Part shown: positions 45,439 through 54,738 of the stretch, piece after piece
Layout: each line of letters starts with the position of its first letter
Position numbering within the stretch: position 1 is the first letter of the stretch
The notes under the pieces: generated by a model
What the model was told of the DNA's origin: nothing
The model's database searches: none
The model's input: the letters and a program-made list of their open reading frames with translations, nothing else
Made by a program: the position numbers and the translations under genes
Source: Microgenomates group bacterium Gr01-1014_5
GTDB taxonomy: Bacteria; Patescibacteriota; Microgenomatia; UBA8517; UBA10165
Direction of reading: 5' to 3'
Length of the DNA stretch: 64,000 nt
NCBI GenBank assembly: GCA_007376395.1
Contig: VMGE01000001.1
Location: forward strand, 89,635 to 153,634

Positions 45439-46527
45439 TTATATTGACTTTTCAATTAAAGAAACAAGCTTGAAAGACGCGTCTTGAGGAATAAGAGCTG
45501 AAGCGCGCGGTGCATTCGTGCGATAATTGTCAATTTGTCCATAAACCTTGTTTATCATTTCCAAAAGAGATGTTCCCGACAACCGAGCCTGGGGAAGAAT
45601 TTGAGCCATACCCACCTCTTCTAAAAGCTCGGCATTTTTAGTTTGTTCATCAGACCCTGCAAACGGTAGGGGGATAAAAATTGCCGGGATTTGACAAATC
45701 GCAATCTCGGAAACAGTGTTCGCGCCAGAACGGGCTATTACCAGGTCTGCTTCTTCAAGTCTCTGTTCCACCTCTGTTGGCGCAATTACGTCTTGGGTTC
45801 GATAATTGCCGTTTTTTATCTTCTGACTGATTTTGCTGGCGGTTTCCAGATCAAGACTCCCGGTTTGATGGTAAACCACAAAATTTTGTGCGAGCTCTTC
45901 TGCTATTTCAAAAACCGCCTTATTTATAGCTTGCGATCCTCTACTTCCACCGGTGATATAGATAACAGGAATCTTGTTTTTCTTACGCTCAGACCTCTTT
46001 TTAGGTATCTTGAAGATACTCTCGCGCACTAAATTACCGGTTAGGACCGTTTTTTCTTTAGGAAAATCTTTACGGCTATTCTCGAACGAGATTGCCACAA
46101 AACGGGCAATTTTTGCAACAAGCCTGTTGGCAAGGCCGGAAGCCGCAGTTTGTTCGTGAACAATAGTTGGTATCCCCAATAGCCAAGCAGTAAAACACAC
46201 TGGAAAGGAAATGTAACCCCCAAAAGACAAAACCGCGCGCGGTTTGACTTTGACAAGTATTAAAAAGCTTTGTATAAATCCTACCGGAAGCTTCCAAAGA
46301 TTAAGAATAAACAAAAACAGGTTGCCGCGTGAAAATTTAGTGGTAGTAATCGAGTAATAAGGCACTTCTATTCCAGGCAATATTCTTGCCTCTAAAGTTT
46401 TTATCTTTGTTCCCAATACCGCATTTTCTTCTCCCACCCAAAAAGGCAAAAAACCTTTTTTTTGCAAAACGGGAATAAGCGCTAAGCCTGGAGTAAAATG
46501 TCCGCCGGTAATGATAATCTTTTTCAT
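45439..46527 (-). CDS. murG: UDP-GlcNAc:lipid I transferase MurG
   Basis: TGGH.TP, HEQT, GLANR, TGGSRGS, RSGANTVSE. Confidence 0.97.
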   Translation of the reverse strand: MKKIIITGGHFTPGLALIPVLQKKGFLPFWVGEENAVLGTKIKTLEARILPGIEVPYYSITTTKFSRGNLFLFILNLWKLPVGFIQSFLILVKVKPRAVLSFGGYISFPVCFTAWLLGIPTIVHEQTAASGLANRLVAKIARFVAISFENSRKDFPKEKTVLTGNLVRESIFKIPKKRSERKKNKIPVIYITGGSRGSQAINKAVFEIAEELAQNFVVYHQTGSLDLETASKISQKIKNGNYRTQDVIAPTEVEQRLEEADLVIARSGANTVSEIAICQIPAIFIPLPFAGSDEQTKNAELLEEVGMAQILPQARLSGTSLLEMINKVYGQIDNYRTNAPRASALIPQDASFKLVSLIEKSI

Positions 46528-47621
46528 CCATACCTCCTTTGGCTCGAAATATTTAATAAAATCCCCATTGCCGCCAAGTTAAAAATTAAAGCAGAGCCGC
46601 CATAGGAAAGAAATGGCAAAGGAACACCTGTCAAAGGTAGAAGCGCAACCATGGCTGATAAATTAATAAAAGCTTGAATTCCTATCCAGCTAGTTATGCC
46701 AACCGCCAAAAGCCTGCCAAAGGGATCGTTAACACGCGCCGCAATCGATAAACCTCTCCAGACTAAGTAACTAAAAAGAATAATAACCGCCAAACCGCCA
46801 ACAAACCCAAACTCCTCGCCAATTATAGCAAAAATAGAGTCTGTTGCAGGTTCTGGTAAAAAGAGGTATTTTTGTCTCGACTGCCCCAAGCCTAAACCAA
46901 AAATTCCCCCCGAACCCAAGGCGATTAAAACTTGCCTGATGTGATAAGAAGTCCCCAAAGGGTCAGCCGACGGATTTAAAAAGGTTAAAACGCGTTCCCG
47001 TCTGTAATCAGAAGTCAAGATAAACAAAGCACCGGTAATAAAACCGACCGGAATTAAAGCTAAAAAATATCCTGGGTTAGCGCCTGAGGCGAAGTAAATT
47101 ATTCCCGACAGGAAAACAATAATTGCTGCGGTTCCCATATCCGGCTCAAGCATAACTAAGCCAACTGTTAGAACAAGCGCAAAAATGAAAGGTAAAAATG
47201 CTTGGCGTTTGGCAAAAAGATGGGCAAAATAAATACAAAGTGCTAATTTAGCAAACTCTGCCGGCTGCAGATCTATAATACCTATGTTAATCCAGCGCCT
47301 GGCTCCAAGCGCCTCGGTTCCTACTCCGGGAATGAGCACACTGACAAGCATAACCAGGGTTACGCAAATAATAGGCAGGGCGAGTTTGTTCCAAATTTGA
47401 TAAGGAATACGGGACAACAATAATAAAAGAAACAAACCTCCGGCTGCCCGAAACACTTGACGTTTGGCAAAGAATAACTCATCTCCAAACGTGCGTGTGG
47501 CGTCAACCACCGAGGCGTTTGCTACCATGACGACACCAAAAATAACTAAGGCAAGAACTGTAAAAAGAAGTTTTTTATCAAAACCTAAAGAAGAGAAAAT
47601 TGCCGCTTTCAGTTTCTTCAT
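46524..47621 (-). CDS. ftsW: Cell division protein FtsW (SEDS family)
   Basis: GARRWI, QPAEFAK, GLGQSRQKY.FLPEP.TD; within the dcw cluster. Confidence 0.95.
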   Translation of the reverse strand: MKKLKAAIFSSLGFDKKLLFTVLALVIFGVVMVANASVVDATRTFGDELFFAKRQVFRAAGGLFLLLLLSRIPYQIWNKLALPIICVTLVMLVSVLIPGVGTEALGARRWINIGIIDLQPAEFAKLALCIYFAHLFAKRQAFLPFIFALVLTVGLVMLEPDMGTAAIIVFLSGIIYFASGANPGYFLALIPVGFITGALFILTSDYRRERVLTFLNPSADPLGTSYHIRQVLIALGSGGIFGLGLGQSRQKYLFLPEPATDSIFAIIGEEFGFVGGLAVIILFSYLVWRGLSIAARVNDPFGRLLAVGITSWIGIQAFINLSAMVALLPLTGVPLPFLSYGGSALIFNLAAMGILLNISSQRRYG

Positions 47622-47631
47622 ATTCCATACT

Positions 47632-48669
47632 TTAAATCAAGGCAAGCCAGAGACCGAAAATTGCTAACATTAGTCCAGCAAGCCAGGCTCTCATGACGAT
47701 CTTCGGCTCCTCCCAGCCCTTGATTTGAAAAAACAGATGCACAGGAGCCATCGGCAAAAGGGAACGTCCTAAAAATTTACGGCCTGCTATTTGAATTGCG
47801 CTTGAGAGCACTTCAATCACAAAAAGTCCTCCGACAACAACTAAAACAAAGATTTTTCCGGTCAAAAGTCCGATTACGGCAAGAGTCGCGCCAAATGCCA
47901 ATGCCCCAGAGTCTCCCATCATGACGCGGGCAGGCCAAATATTAAAATACAAAAAGGCGATTAAGGCCCCTATCCAAAGCGAAATAAAAATCGAGAGCGG
48001 GGTATCAAAAACACTTGCCGTAATAATCCAAAAGGCAAATAAACAAATCAAAAGCAGTCCGGAAACCAAACCGTCAAGCCCATCTGTTATATTTACGGCA
48101 TTAACAAACGAGACGATTACAAATGCGGCAAAGGGAATATATAACCAGTTAAGGTCGATGACGATATCAACAAGGGGAATATTAACAATATCAACACTGA
48201 GGTTGTTGTAAATTAAAAACGAAATAATTAAAGCTAAAATCCATTGTAAAATAAATTTATGCTTACGGCGCAATCCTACCCACATTCCAACTTTTCCCGG
48301 CTCCATTTTGCGGAACAGCTTTGAAAAATCGTCGTATAAACCCAAAAAAGCAAAAGAAAGAAAAGTAAAAAACACAATGTTAATTTCGCTAGTTACGTCG
48401 TATGCACCACGGATATAAACTCCCAAGTAACGGGCTAAAGGAAAAATTAAAGCAAAAAGAATCGAAACAGTTGCTACAATCAAAATCCCGCCACCGACCG
48501 GAGTGCCCGCTTTTTTGTCGTGCAGTTTATCGAAAACCGGGATTTTTCCAGTTTTTGGCGCTTCAACTCTTCTTGTAAAACGAAGTTTATAAAGCAGATT
48601 GATAAAAGGAATAACCAAAACTGCGTTGACAATAAACGAAAAAACCAATAATCCTAAATATAATGCCAT
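47632..48669 (-). CDS. mraY: Phospho-MurNAc-pentapeptide transferase
   Basis: KAGTPVGGG, NAVNITDGLDGL, MGDSGA, MAPVH. Confidence 0.97.
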   Translation of the reverse strand: MALYLGLLVFSFIVNAVLVIPFINLLYKLRFTRRVEAPKTGKIPVFDKLHDKKAGTPVGGGILIVATVSILFALIFPLARYLGVYIRGAYDVTSEINIVFFTFLSFAFLGLYDDFSKLFRKMEPGKVGMWVGLRRKHKFILQWILALIISFLIYNNLSVDIVNIPLVDIVIDLNWLYIPFAAFVIVSFVNAVNITDGLDGLVSGLLLICLFAFWIITASVFDTPLSIFISLWIGALIAFLYFNIWPARVMMGDSGALAFGATLAVIGLLTGKIFVLVVVGGLFVIEVLSSAIQIAGRKFLGRSLLPMAPVHLFFQIKGWEEPKIVMRAWLAGLMLAIFGLWLALI

Positions 48670-49934
48670 TATTCGCCTCTCCTGATATTTGCCCCAAGCG
48701 AAGCAAGTTTTTGGTCAAAGTTTTCATAGCCGCGGTCGATGACTTCAGCGTGCTCAACTATACTTTCTCCCTTGGCGACTAAGGCCGCTAAAACCAGCGC
48801 ACCACCTGCTCTAATATCGGCACTTGGAATTAAATCGCCGTGCAAGTTAGACGGTCCAATTACAATTACCCTGTGCGGGTCTGCTAAAAAAATATTAGCG
48901 CCCATTTTGATTAAACGGTCAACAAAGTACATGCGCGATTCATACATCCAGTCGTGGCAAAGCACCGTCCCTTCTGATTGGGTTGCTAAAACTATAAATT
49001 GGCTCATCATGTCAGTAGGAAAGCCTGGCCAAGTGCGTGTTTTAAAAACTCCCTGCTCTGCCTTAAGACGTGAGGGTTTGATGGTTAAAACCGTGTCTTT
49101 CTTCCAGGAATATTTAACCCCCATGCGCGATAAATAGGCAAGGATAATCTTTAAATCCTGAGGCAAAGCGTCCTCGATATCAACTTGCCCCCCTGTGATA
49201 GCACTAGCTATAGCAAACGTCCCCACCTCTATATGGTCTGGCCTTACTTTATGCTCTACAGCCTGTAATTTTTTTGCTCCGTTAATATGGATCGTATTAG
49301 TTCCAGCTCCCTGAATCTTTGCCCCCATTTTAATAAGCATCTCTGCCAAATCCACGACATGCGGCTCGCAGGCCGCTCCTTCAATAACGGTTTCCCCTTC
49401 AATACCCGAAGCTGTAATCATGGCCATTTCAGTTGCGGTAGGAGACGCCTCTTCTAAGAAAATCTCGGCAGGTTTCAGACTGTCGACCGAGAGTTTTACC
49501 CCCGAAAAATCACGGTCGCAATTTACACCAAATGCCTGCATTGCAGAAATATGTGCACCCAATGGCCTGGCGCCAATTGGATCACCTCCTGGACGGGGAA
49601 ATTCTGCTTTGCCAAATTTAACAAGAAGACTTGCGGCCAAGACAATTGCTCCGCGCAGTTTCCCTCCGAGCTCGGGATCAATTTCACACTTAGTTATGTT
49701 TGATGGGTTTATCACCATAATTGACGTCTCTTTATTCCAATCGATCCTAACTCCTAAATTTTCTAATATCTCAACCAACACCTCTACGTCTATAATATTA
49801 GGAATGTTGGTTAGCTTTGAGGGTTCTTCGGCAAGGAGTGCGGCGGCAATTAAAGGAAAGGTTGAATTCTTGTTTCCGGAAACACGTACCGTACCGGATA
49901 GAATGTTTGGGCCTTGAATTATGAATTTAGCCAT
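48669..49934 (-). CDS. murA: UDP-GlcNAc 1-carboxyvinyltransferase
   Basis: SGNKNS, PGGDPIGARP (Asp at the usual Cys position), PGFPTDM, DIRAG. Confidence 0.97.
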   Translation of the reverse strand: MAKFIIQGPNILSGTVRVSGNKNSTFPLIAAALLAEEPSKLTNIPNIIDVEVLVEILENLGVRIDWNKETSIMVINPSNITKCEIDPELGGKLRGAIVLAASLLVKFGKAEFPRPGGDPIGARPLGAHISAMQAFGVNCDRDFSGVKLSVDSLKPAEIFLEEASPTATEMAMITASGIEGETVIEGAACEPHVVDLAEMLIKMGAKIQGAGTNTIHINGAKKLQAVEHKVRPDHIEVGTFAIASAITGGQVDIEDALPQDLKIILAYLSRMGVKYSWKKDTVLTIKPSRLKAEQGVFKTRTWPGFPTDMMSQFIVLATQSEGTVLCHDWMYESRMYFVDRLIKMGANIFLADPHRVIVIGPSNLHGDLIPSADIRAGGALVLAALVAKGESIVEHAEVIDRGYENFDQKLASLGANIRRGE

Positions 49935-49950
49935 TGAGTGATATTATACT

Positions 49951-51726
49951 TCAGTTTGGCTGTGCGCCAAAATACGGAAGCAGGTCGTCTGCAATATTAA
50001 ACCAGATAAAAGCTGCATTTTGCGAGGCATATTGCCCTACTTTTGGATCTTTTAAGCTTACAATCATCACAAACTTTGGGTTGTTAGCAGGAGCAAAACC
50101 AACAAACGAAGAGACAACTTTGTTAGGGTCGTAATGGCCAGCCACCGGAATTTGAGCTGTTCCGGTCTTACCTGCAACTTGAAAACCGCGGGGGATTGGC
50201 CACATATCGCTTTTTGACTCTACCCCGTTGACCATCATGTCGGTTATTTGTTTTGCGGCACGGGGAGAAATCACTTGTTCTGTCTTTTGCGGTTTAATAT
50301 CGTCTTCTTGATTCTGCGCGATTATCTTGTCAACCACTTGCGGAGTAACCAACTTTCCCGCGTTCGCCAAAGCTCCAACTGCACGAACCATTTGTATAGG
50401 CGTAATTGCCACTCCCTGACCAAAACTGGCAGTCGCCAAATCTATCAATCCCCAGTCATCACTGTCGCGCAGCGGCGGTACAAGTTCTCCTTGTAAATCT
50501 ATTCCTGACGAGCGCCCAATTCCGTATTTTTGCAGGTAATCAGCCATCTTTTCTTCTCCAAGCCTTTCAGCAACCCAAATCATACCAACGTTGTCTGAAT
50601 GTTCAATAATCTCTTTTGGCGTAGAATCAGGATAATACTGCTTCGATCCAGATTCAATTGTATATTCAGCAATTACTCTTGGACCTGAACAACTATCACA
50701 TTTGTCCTCGGGCGCCACAGCCTCAGAGTCTAAGGCGGCAGCCATAACCAGCACTTTAAAAATCGATCCCGGCTCGAACGACTCGCCAATCGCAGGATTA
50801 ATATAAAATTCCTTATCAAAATTGTTGAATTTTGCAGGGTCATATGCAGGAAAACCAGCCATCGCCAGAATCGCGCCGTCGCTCGGTCTCATGACAACTA
50901 CAACACCCTCTGCCGCCTCATATTTTTCCACGCCTTCTTTAAGATGTCTTTCCACTAGGTACTGCGCAGACCGGTCAATGTGGGTTTTTATGGTTATTCC
51001 GTCTTGTGCTCCAACTTTATGGCTTCCCCCGAGAATAATGGGGTTTCCAAACGCGTCTTTTTCCCATGTTTTTACGCCCTTACTGCCCGAAAGAGTCAAA
51101 TCATAGAACCCCTCAAGACCAAAATAACCTTTTGGCGTGCCGGCAGTATCCTTTCCGACAAAGCCCAGCACTTGCGCGGCCATACTTGCCTCTGGATATG
51201 CCCTACCTTCTTCCGGGTCAAAGCCTATGCCTTTTATTCCCAGAGATTCAATTTGCTGTTTTTGCTCTTTACCAATCTTCCTTTTAACCGGCACCCAAAC
51301 CACGTCTGTCCGCCCCAACAGCGTTTTGATCCGCTCTTCTTCATTTAAAACGAGTTCTTCTTCTGTTTTTGCAGAAGCAGTAGCGTCGTTTTCCTCAGGC
51401 TTGTCCATTAGTAAAGGTGCAAGCTTGCTGGCTGTGCGTTTTACGTCTACAATGTCTTTCAAGGAAGCCCAAAGAAGATATGCTTCGCCCGTTGTTGCTA
51501 AAGGAAAACCGTCTGAAGCTAATATTGCTCCGCGCATGGCCGGGAGGGAAGACTGGCTTTGCTGTTGTACGCGAGCATAATTAGCAAGAAGGTCTGACTG
51601 TAAAACTTGCCAGCTAAACAATCTAGCCGCAATAACAAAACTGCCAAGCAAAAATAAAAGTGCGAGGAGCTTAATTCTCCAGGTTTTTAAAGAATGGTAA
51701 TCTGCTTGATTCCTACCTGTAATCAT
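49951..51726 (-). CDS. ftsI: Class B penicillin-binding protein (FtsI-like)
   Basis: RGAI...DG, EPGSIFK (SxxK), SDN, KTGTAQ. Confidence 0.93.
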   Translation of the reverse strand: MITGRNQADYHSLKTWRIKLLALLFLLGSFVIAARLFSWQVLQSDLLANYARVQQQSQSSLPAMRGAILASDGFPLATTGEAYLLWASLKDIVDVKRTASKLAPLLMDKPEENDATASAKTEEELVLNEEERIKTLLGRTDVVWVPVKRKIGKEQKQQIESLGIKGIGFDPEEGRAYPEASMAAQVLGFVGKDTAGTPKGYFGLEGFYDLTLSGSKGVKTWEKDAFGNPIILGGSHKVGAQDGITIKTHIDRSAQYLVERHLKEGVEKYEAAEGVVVVMRPSDGAILAMAGFPAYDPAKFNNFDKEFYINPAIGESFEPGSIFKVLVMAAALDSEAVAPEDKCDSCSGPRVIAEYTIESGSKQYYPDSTPKEIIEHSDNVGMIWVAERLGEEKMADYLQKYGIGRSSGIDLQGELVPPLRDSDDWGLIDLATASFGQGVAITPIQMVRAVGALANAGKLVTPQVVDKIIAQNQEDDIKPQKTEQVISPRAAKQITDMMVNGVESKSDMWPIPRGFQVAGKTGTAQIPVAGHYDPNKVVSSFVGFAPANNPKFVMIVSLKDPKVGQYASQNAAFIWFNIADDLLPYFGAQPN

Positions 51727-52031
51727 TGTGGAAGAGCCGCCACAGGAAGACTGGTATCCAAATACATAATATTTTCCGCTTTTGTAAACCCTGAATCTTG
51801 GGCTTCAACCGCAAGTTTGGTCAAAGAAGCTTTTTGTGACAATTCTTCCTGCAAGGTTTGGTTTTCGCGCGTTAACAAGCTTGATTTTTTCTCAAGAAGT
51901 GATAAATATTCTCCTTTCCCGGCTAAGTAATTACTTGCCAGTAATTGAGCAATAATCACCACCGAAAGAATTGTAAATAAAACAGTCCAGGCACGGTTTT
52001 TTGTTAGATGTTCTGTATTTTTCACCCTCAT
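51723..52031 (-). CDS. ftsL: FtsL-like protein
   Basis: TM helix plus coiled coil, between rsmH and ftsI. Confidence 0.7.
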   Translation of the reverse strand: MRVKNTEHLTKNRAWTVLFTILSVVIIAQLLASNYLAGKGEYLSLLEKKSSLLTRENQTLQEELSQKASLTKLAVEAQDSGFTKAENIMYLDTSLPVAALPQ

Positions 52032-52936
52032 TATATTTTTACAACTGCTCTCAATTTGGCGCTTCGCGAGCGCGGGTTATTTAATATTTCCAGAGTACTC
52101 GGAACAACTGGCTTATTTGTTAAAATTTTAACTTTTCCGAAATTCTCCCACTCCCGAAAAGTATCTTTAACAATTCTGTCTTCTCCCGAATGGAAACTGA
52201 CAACTACAATTCTTCCGCCGCTTTTAACTAAATCTAAAGCTTGAGGAAGTGCCATCTGTAAATTCTCAAACTCACTATTAACCACAATTCTTAAAGCCAT
52301 GAACACTTTCGTTGCCGGGTGAATTTTACCCCGGTAACCTGTAAGGCGCTCAATTAGACTGGCAAGATCGCGTGTATGGGTAAACGGCTCAAGCCTTCTT
52401 CTGGCTACAATAGCCCGAGTTAGACTCCACGCGTTATCTGCCTCTCCAACCTCTTTTATTAATTTGTAAAGCTGTCCTTCTGGTAAAACGTTCAAAATGT
52501 CCGCTGCCGTTACCCCTAAGTCGGGGTCAAGCCTCATATCTAGCGGACCGTCTTTGGAAAGAGACAAACCTCTTTCAGGATTATCCATCTGAAAGCTTGC
52601 AAATCCCAAATCAAATAAAATTCCGTTTACAGGACAGTAGTCTTCTTCTGAAGCAATTTTTTGAAGGTTTGCGAAGTTCCCGCGCACAAGCCGGAAAACA
52701 TCAGGACAGGCTTGCCTCGTCTCGGCGACTTCGCCAAAGCGGGCTAAAAGACGTTTTCGTGCTTCTGCCAAACTAGTTGGGTCTTGGTCGATACCTAAAA
52801 CCTCGCCACCTTTTTTCAAGATCGCTTCAGTATGACCACCGCCCCCAACAGTGGAATCTATGTATTTTTTACCGGGTTTTATGCCAAGTAGAGAGACAAC
52901 CTCTGTCAGCATTACCGGCAAGTGTTTAACAATCAT
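52031..52936 (-). CDS. rsmH: 16S rRNA m4C1402 methyltransferase
   Basis: HLPVML, GGGGHT, DGPLDMR, HPATKVF.ALRI.VN, SFHSGED, NPRSRSAKLR. Confidence 0.98.
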   Translation of the reverse strand: MIVKHLPVMLTEVVSLLGIKPGKKYIDSTVGGGGHTEAILKKGGEVLGIDQDPTSLAEARKRLLARFGEVAETRQACPDVFRLVRGNFANLQKIASEEDYCPVNGILFDLGFASFQMDNPERGLSLSKDGPLDMRLDPDLGVTAADILNVLPEGQLYKLIKEVGEADNAWSLTRAIVARRRLEPFTHTRDLASLIERLTGYRGKIHPATKVFMALRIVVNSEFENLQMALPQALDLVKSGGRIVVVSFHSGEDRIVKDTFREWENFGKVKILTNKPVVPSTLEILNNPRSRSAKLRAVVKI

Positions 52937-53382
52937 TGCCGCCGAGCCCCTTTTAACTTTAATTTTTGAACTTCCTCAATCAATTTTCCGGCACCGGTTG
53001 TAATTTCTCGGTCTCTTATCTCCCAAAGTCCTTTATCCCAAATCTCAACTCTATCCTTGAGTCCGATAAATACAACCTCTTCTTCCAGTTTCGCGTGTAT
53101 TCTTAAGGCTTGCGGCAAAACTATTCTTCCTTGACTATCAGGCTCAATCTCAAATGCTCCACCTAATAAAAACCGTTCCGTGTCGCGTGTCTGAGAAATC
53201 AACAATGATTCTCCGACCGCAACATCTATTACTCTTTCCCAGGAAATTTGAGCGAAAAGAGCCAAGGAATTTTCGTACCAACGGCAAACTATCAGTTTTT
53301 CTCCCAATTCCTTACGGAACTTAACAGGGAGAGCCGTCCTTCCTTTATTGTTAATTTTTGTATAATACTGCCCGATTAACAT
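52933..53382 (-). CDS. mraZ: Transcriptional regulator MraZ
   Basis: NKGR.ALP..FR, DSQGRIVLP..LR, DRVEIWD. Confidence 0.96.
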   Translation of the reverse strand: MLIGQYYTKINNKGRTALPVKFRKELGEKLIVCRWYENSLALFAQISWERVIDVAVGESLLISQTRDTERFLLGGAFEIEPDSQGRIVLPQALRIHAKLEEEVVFIGLKDRVEIWDKGLWEIRDREITTGAGKLIEEVQKLKLKGARRQ

Positions 53383-53451
53383 AATCTTTTGGGCAGAATA
53401 TATTTTGTAAAATGTAGTGTGTGGAGCTTGTCTCGAGTTAGTCGAGAGATT

Positions 53452-53504
53452 CACCACTTTTCACCACTACAAACCATATTGGAACATTTTCACAGTCTTG
53501 TCAA
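53452..53504 (-). promoter_or_regulatory. dcw promoter with putative MraZ boxes
   Basis: Minus strand TTGACA-17 nt-CAATAT, followed by ATGGTT/GTGGTG/GTGGTG at 10-nt spacing. Confidence 0.65.
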
Positions 53505-53568
53505 GTAGTAAAGTTGTGCTCGGATTGTGGCTAATAAAACTTCGTGAAAACTTCGGGTGATGGGTTAA

Positions 53569-54153
53569 TTAAAGTCTCTTCTCTAGAAAATCTGGATTTA
53601 ATCTATATCCAACTCGAGTTCTAAATTGATCAAAGTCAGGTAAATTTACCCTATCAAGTACTTGTTGGTAGGTTGCGCCAGCACTGTTTTTAAAATCTTC
53701 TGCTTGTCGCATTAAGAAGCTCCTTTCATCCAGTATTGCATTAGCTTGATCTTCAGACACAGTCCTTCCAAGAGCGGCGGGGAATTCTAATTTGCCGCGC
53801 GTTAACCGATCAGCAGCTCTCTGGTATGCGATAGCCAGAAGCGCATACATTTGCTGAGGTGATATATAACCGGCAACTTCGGGGTTTATTCTTGCCAATT
53901 CGAGAAAGTCTCCAACGTAGGCTAACTGACCATTCACTGTATGATATGTTACCCAGTATTCAGCTTTCTTGCCCGGAGACTTTGCAGCCATTCTCTCTGC
54001 GCGTGTGTAACCATCTTGGATTGAGAATTGAGCTGCTTCTGAGTCTGAAGCATTTACCCTTCCAATTCTTCTTGTTTCTGCAATACTAGCTATGAGATCT
54101 AAAGGATAATTTATTTTCTCTAAAGGAGAAAGTCCATCTTGTCTTGATTCCAT
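53569..54153 (-). CDS. Hypothetical protein
   Basis: 194-aa ORF; no motif recognised. Confidence 0.6.
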   Translation of the reverse strand: MESRQDGLSPLEKINYPLDLIASIAETRRIGRVNASDSEAAQFSIQDGYTRAERMAAKSPGKKAEYWVTYHTVNGQLAYVGDFLELARINPEVAGYISPQQMYALLAIAYQRAADRLTRGKLEFPAALGRTVSEDQANAILDERSFLMRQAEDFKNSAGATYQQVLDRVNLPDFDQFRTRVGYRLNPDFLEKRL

Positions 54154-54165
54154 AAATAACGTGGG

Positions 54166-54528
54166 TCAACCCCAATGGACTTCTTTAATACGCGCGTGGC
54201 GTTTATCTACTTCAAAATAAGTTAAGACTGTGTTAATAAGCTCCTCCTGATCGTATGGTTTACAAGAGAATACATCTACTAAGGCTTCATTGTATTTAGA
54301 AAAAGTGTGAGTAGAACAATGAGAGAAATCAATAATTACAAAACCCGTTAGGCCTGGATTTGATTCCACACCAGCAATAACTATTGCTGGGTTTAAAACT
54401 GTCATACCAATCTTACCAGGAAGAGAATTCAAAAACTCTTCAAGCCCTTCTTTATTAAGGGTTCTTTCATGGGGAATATTGGTGATATCGACAATTACAT
54501 GGTATCTATGAGAGTGAAGCGAAACCAT
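54166..54528 (-). CDS. S-adenosylmethionine decarboxylase (SpeD class 1b)-like proenzyme
   Basis: GLTGFVIIDFSHCSTHTF, VDVFSCKP. Confidence 0.8.
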   Translation of the reverse strand: MVSLHSHRYHVIVDITNIPHERTLNKEGLEEFLNSLPGKIGMTVLNPAIVIAGVESNPGLTGFVIIDFSHCSTHTFSKYNEALVDVFSCKPYDQEELINTVLTYFEVDKRHARIKEVHWG

Positions 54529-54649
54529 GGTGTTATCTTATCATATTTTCTTTCCGAGTGATTATTGAAAATAAACTAGTGCTTCGTGACTACGCGCGCC
54601 AAAGCTGCGCTTTAGCGCTGCGGGCGGGAAACTTCGGGTTAAAGAAGGT

Positions 54650-54738
54650 TATAAACTTGTTTCAAAACAAGTTTTCACAACTCACATTACACAAGTTAGC
54701 GAAGCTAGCGCGTGAGTTATAAAACAAGTTTTATTTTG
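54650..54738. mobile_element. Structured repeat family B, copy 2 (MITE-like)
   Basis: Homologous to 34708-34795; terminal IR AAACTTGTTT/AAACAAGTTT. Confidence 0.6.

Noticed and set aside
54540-54650. SAM riboswitch upstream of the speD-like gene
   Set aside because: No SAM-I/II/III consensus elements were recognisable by eye.
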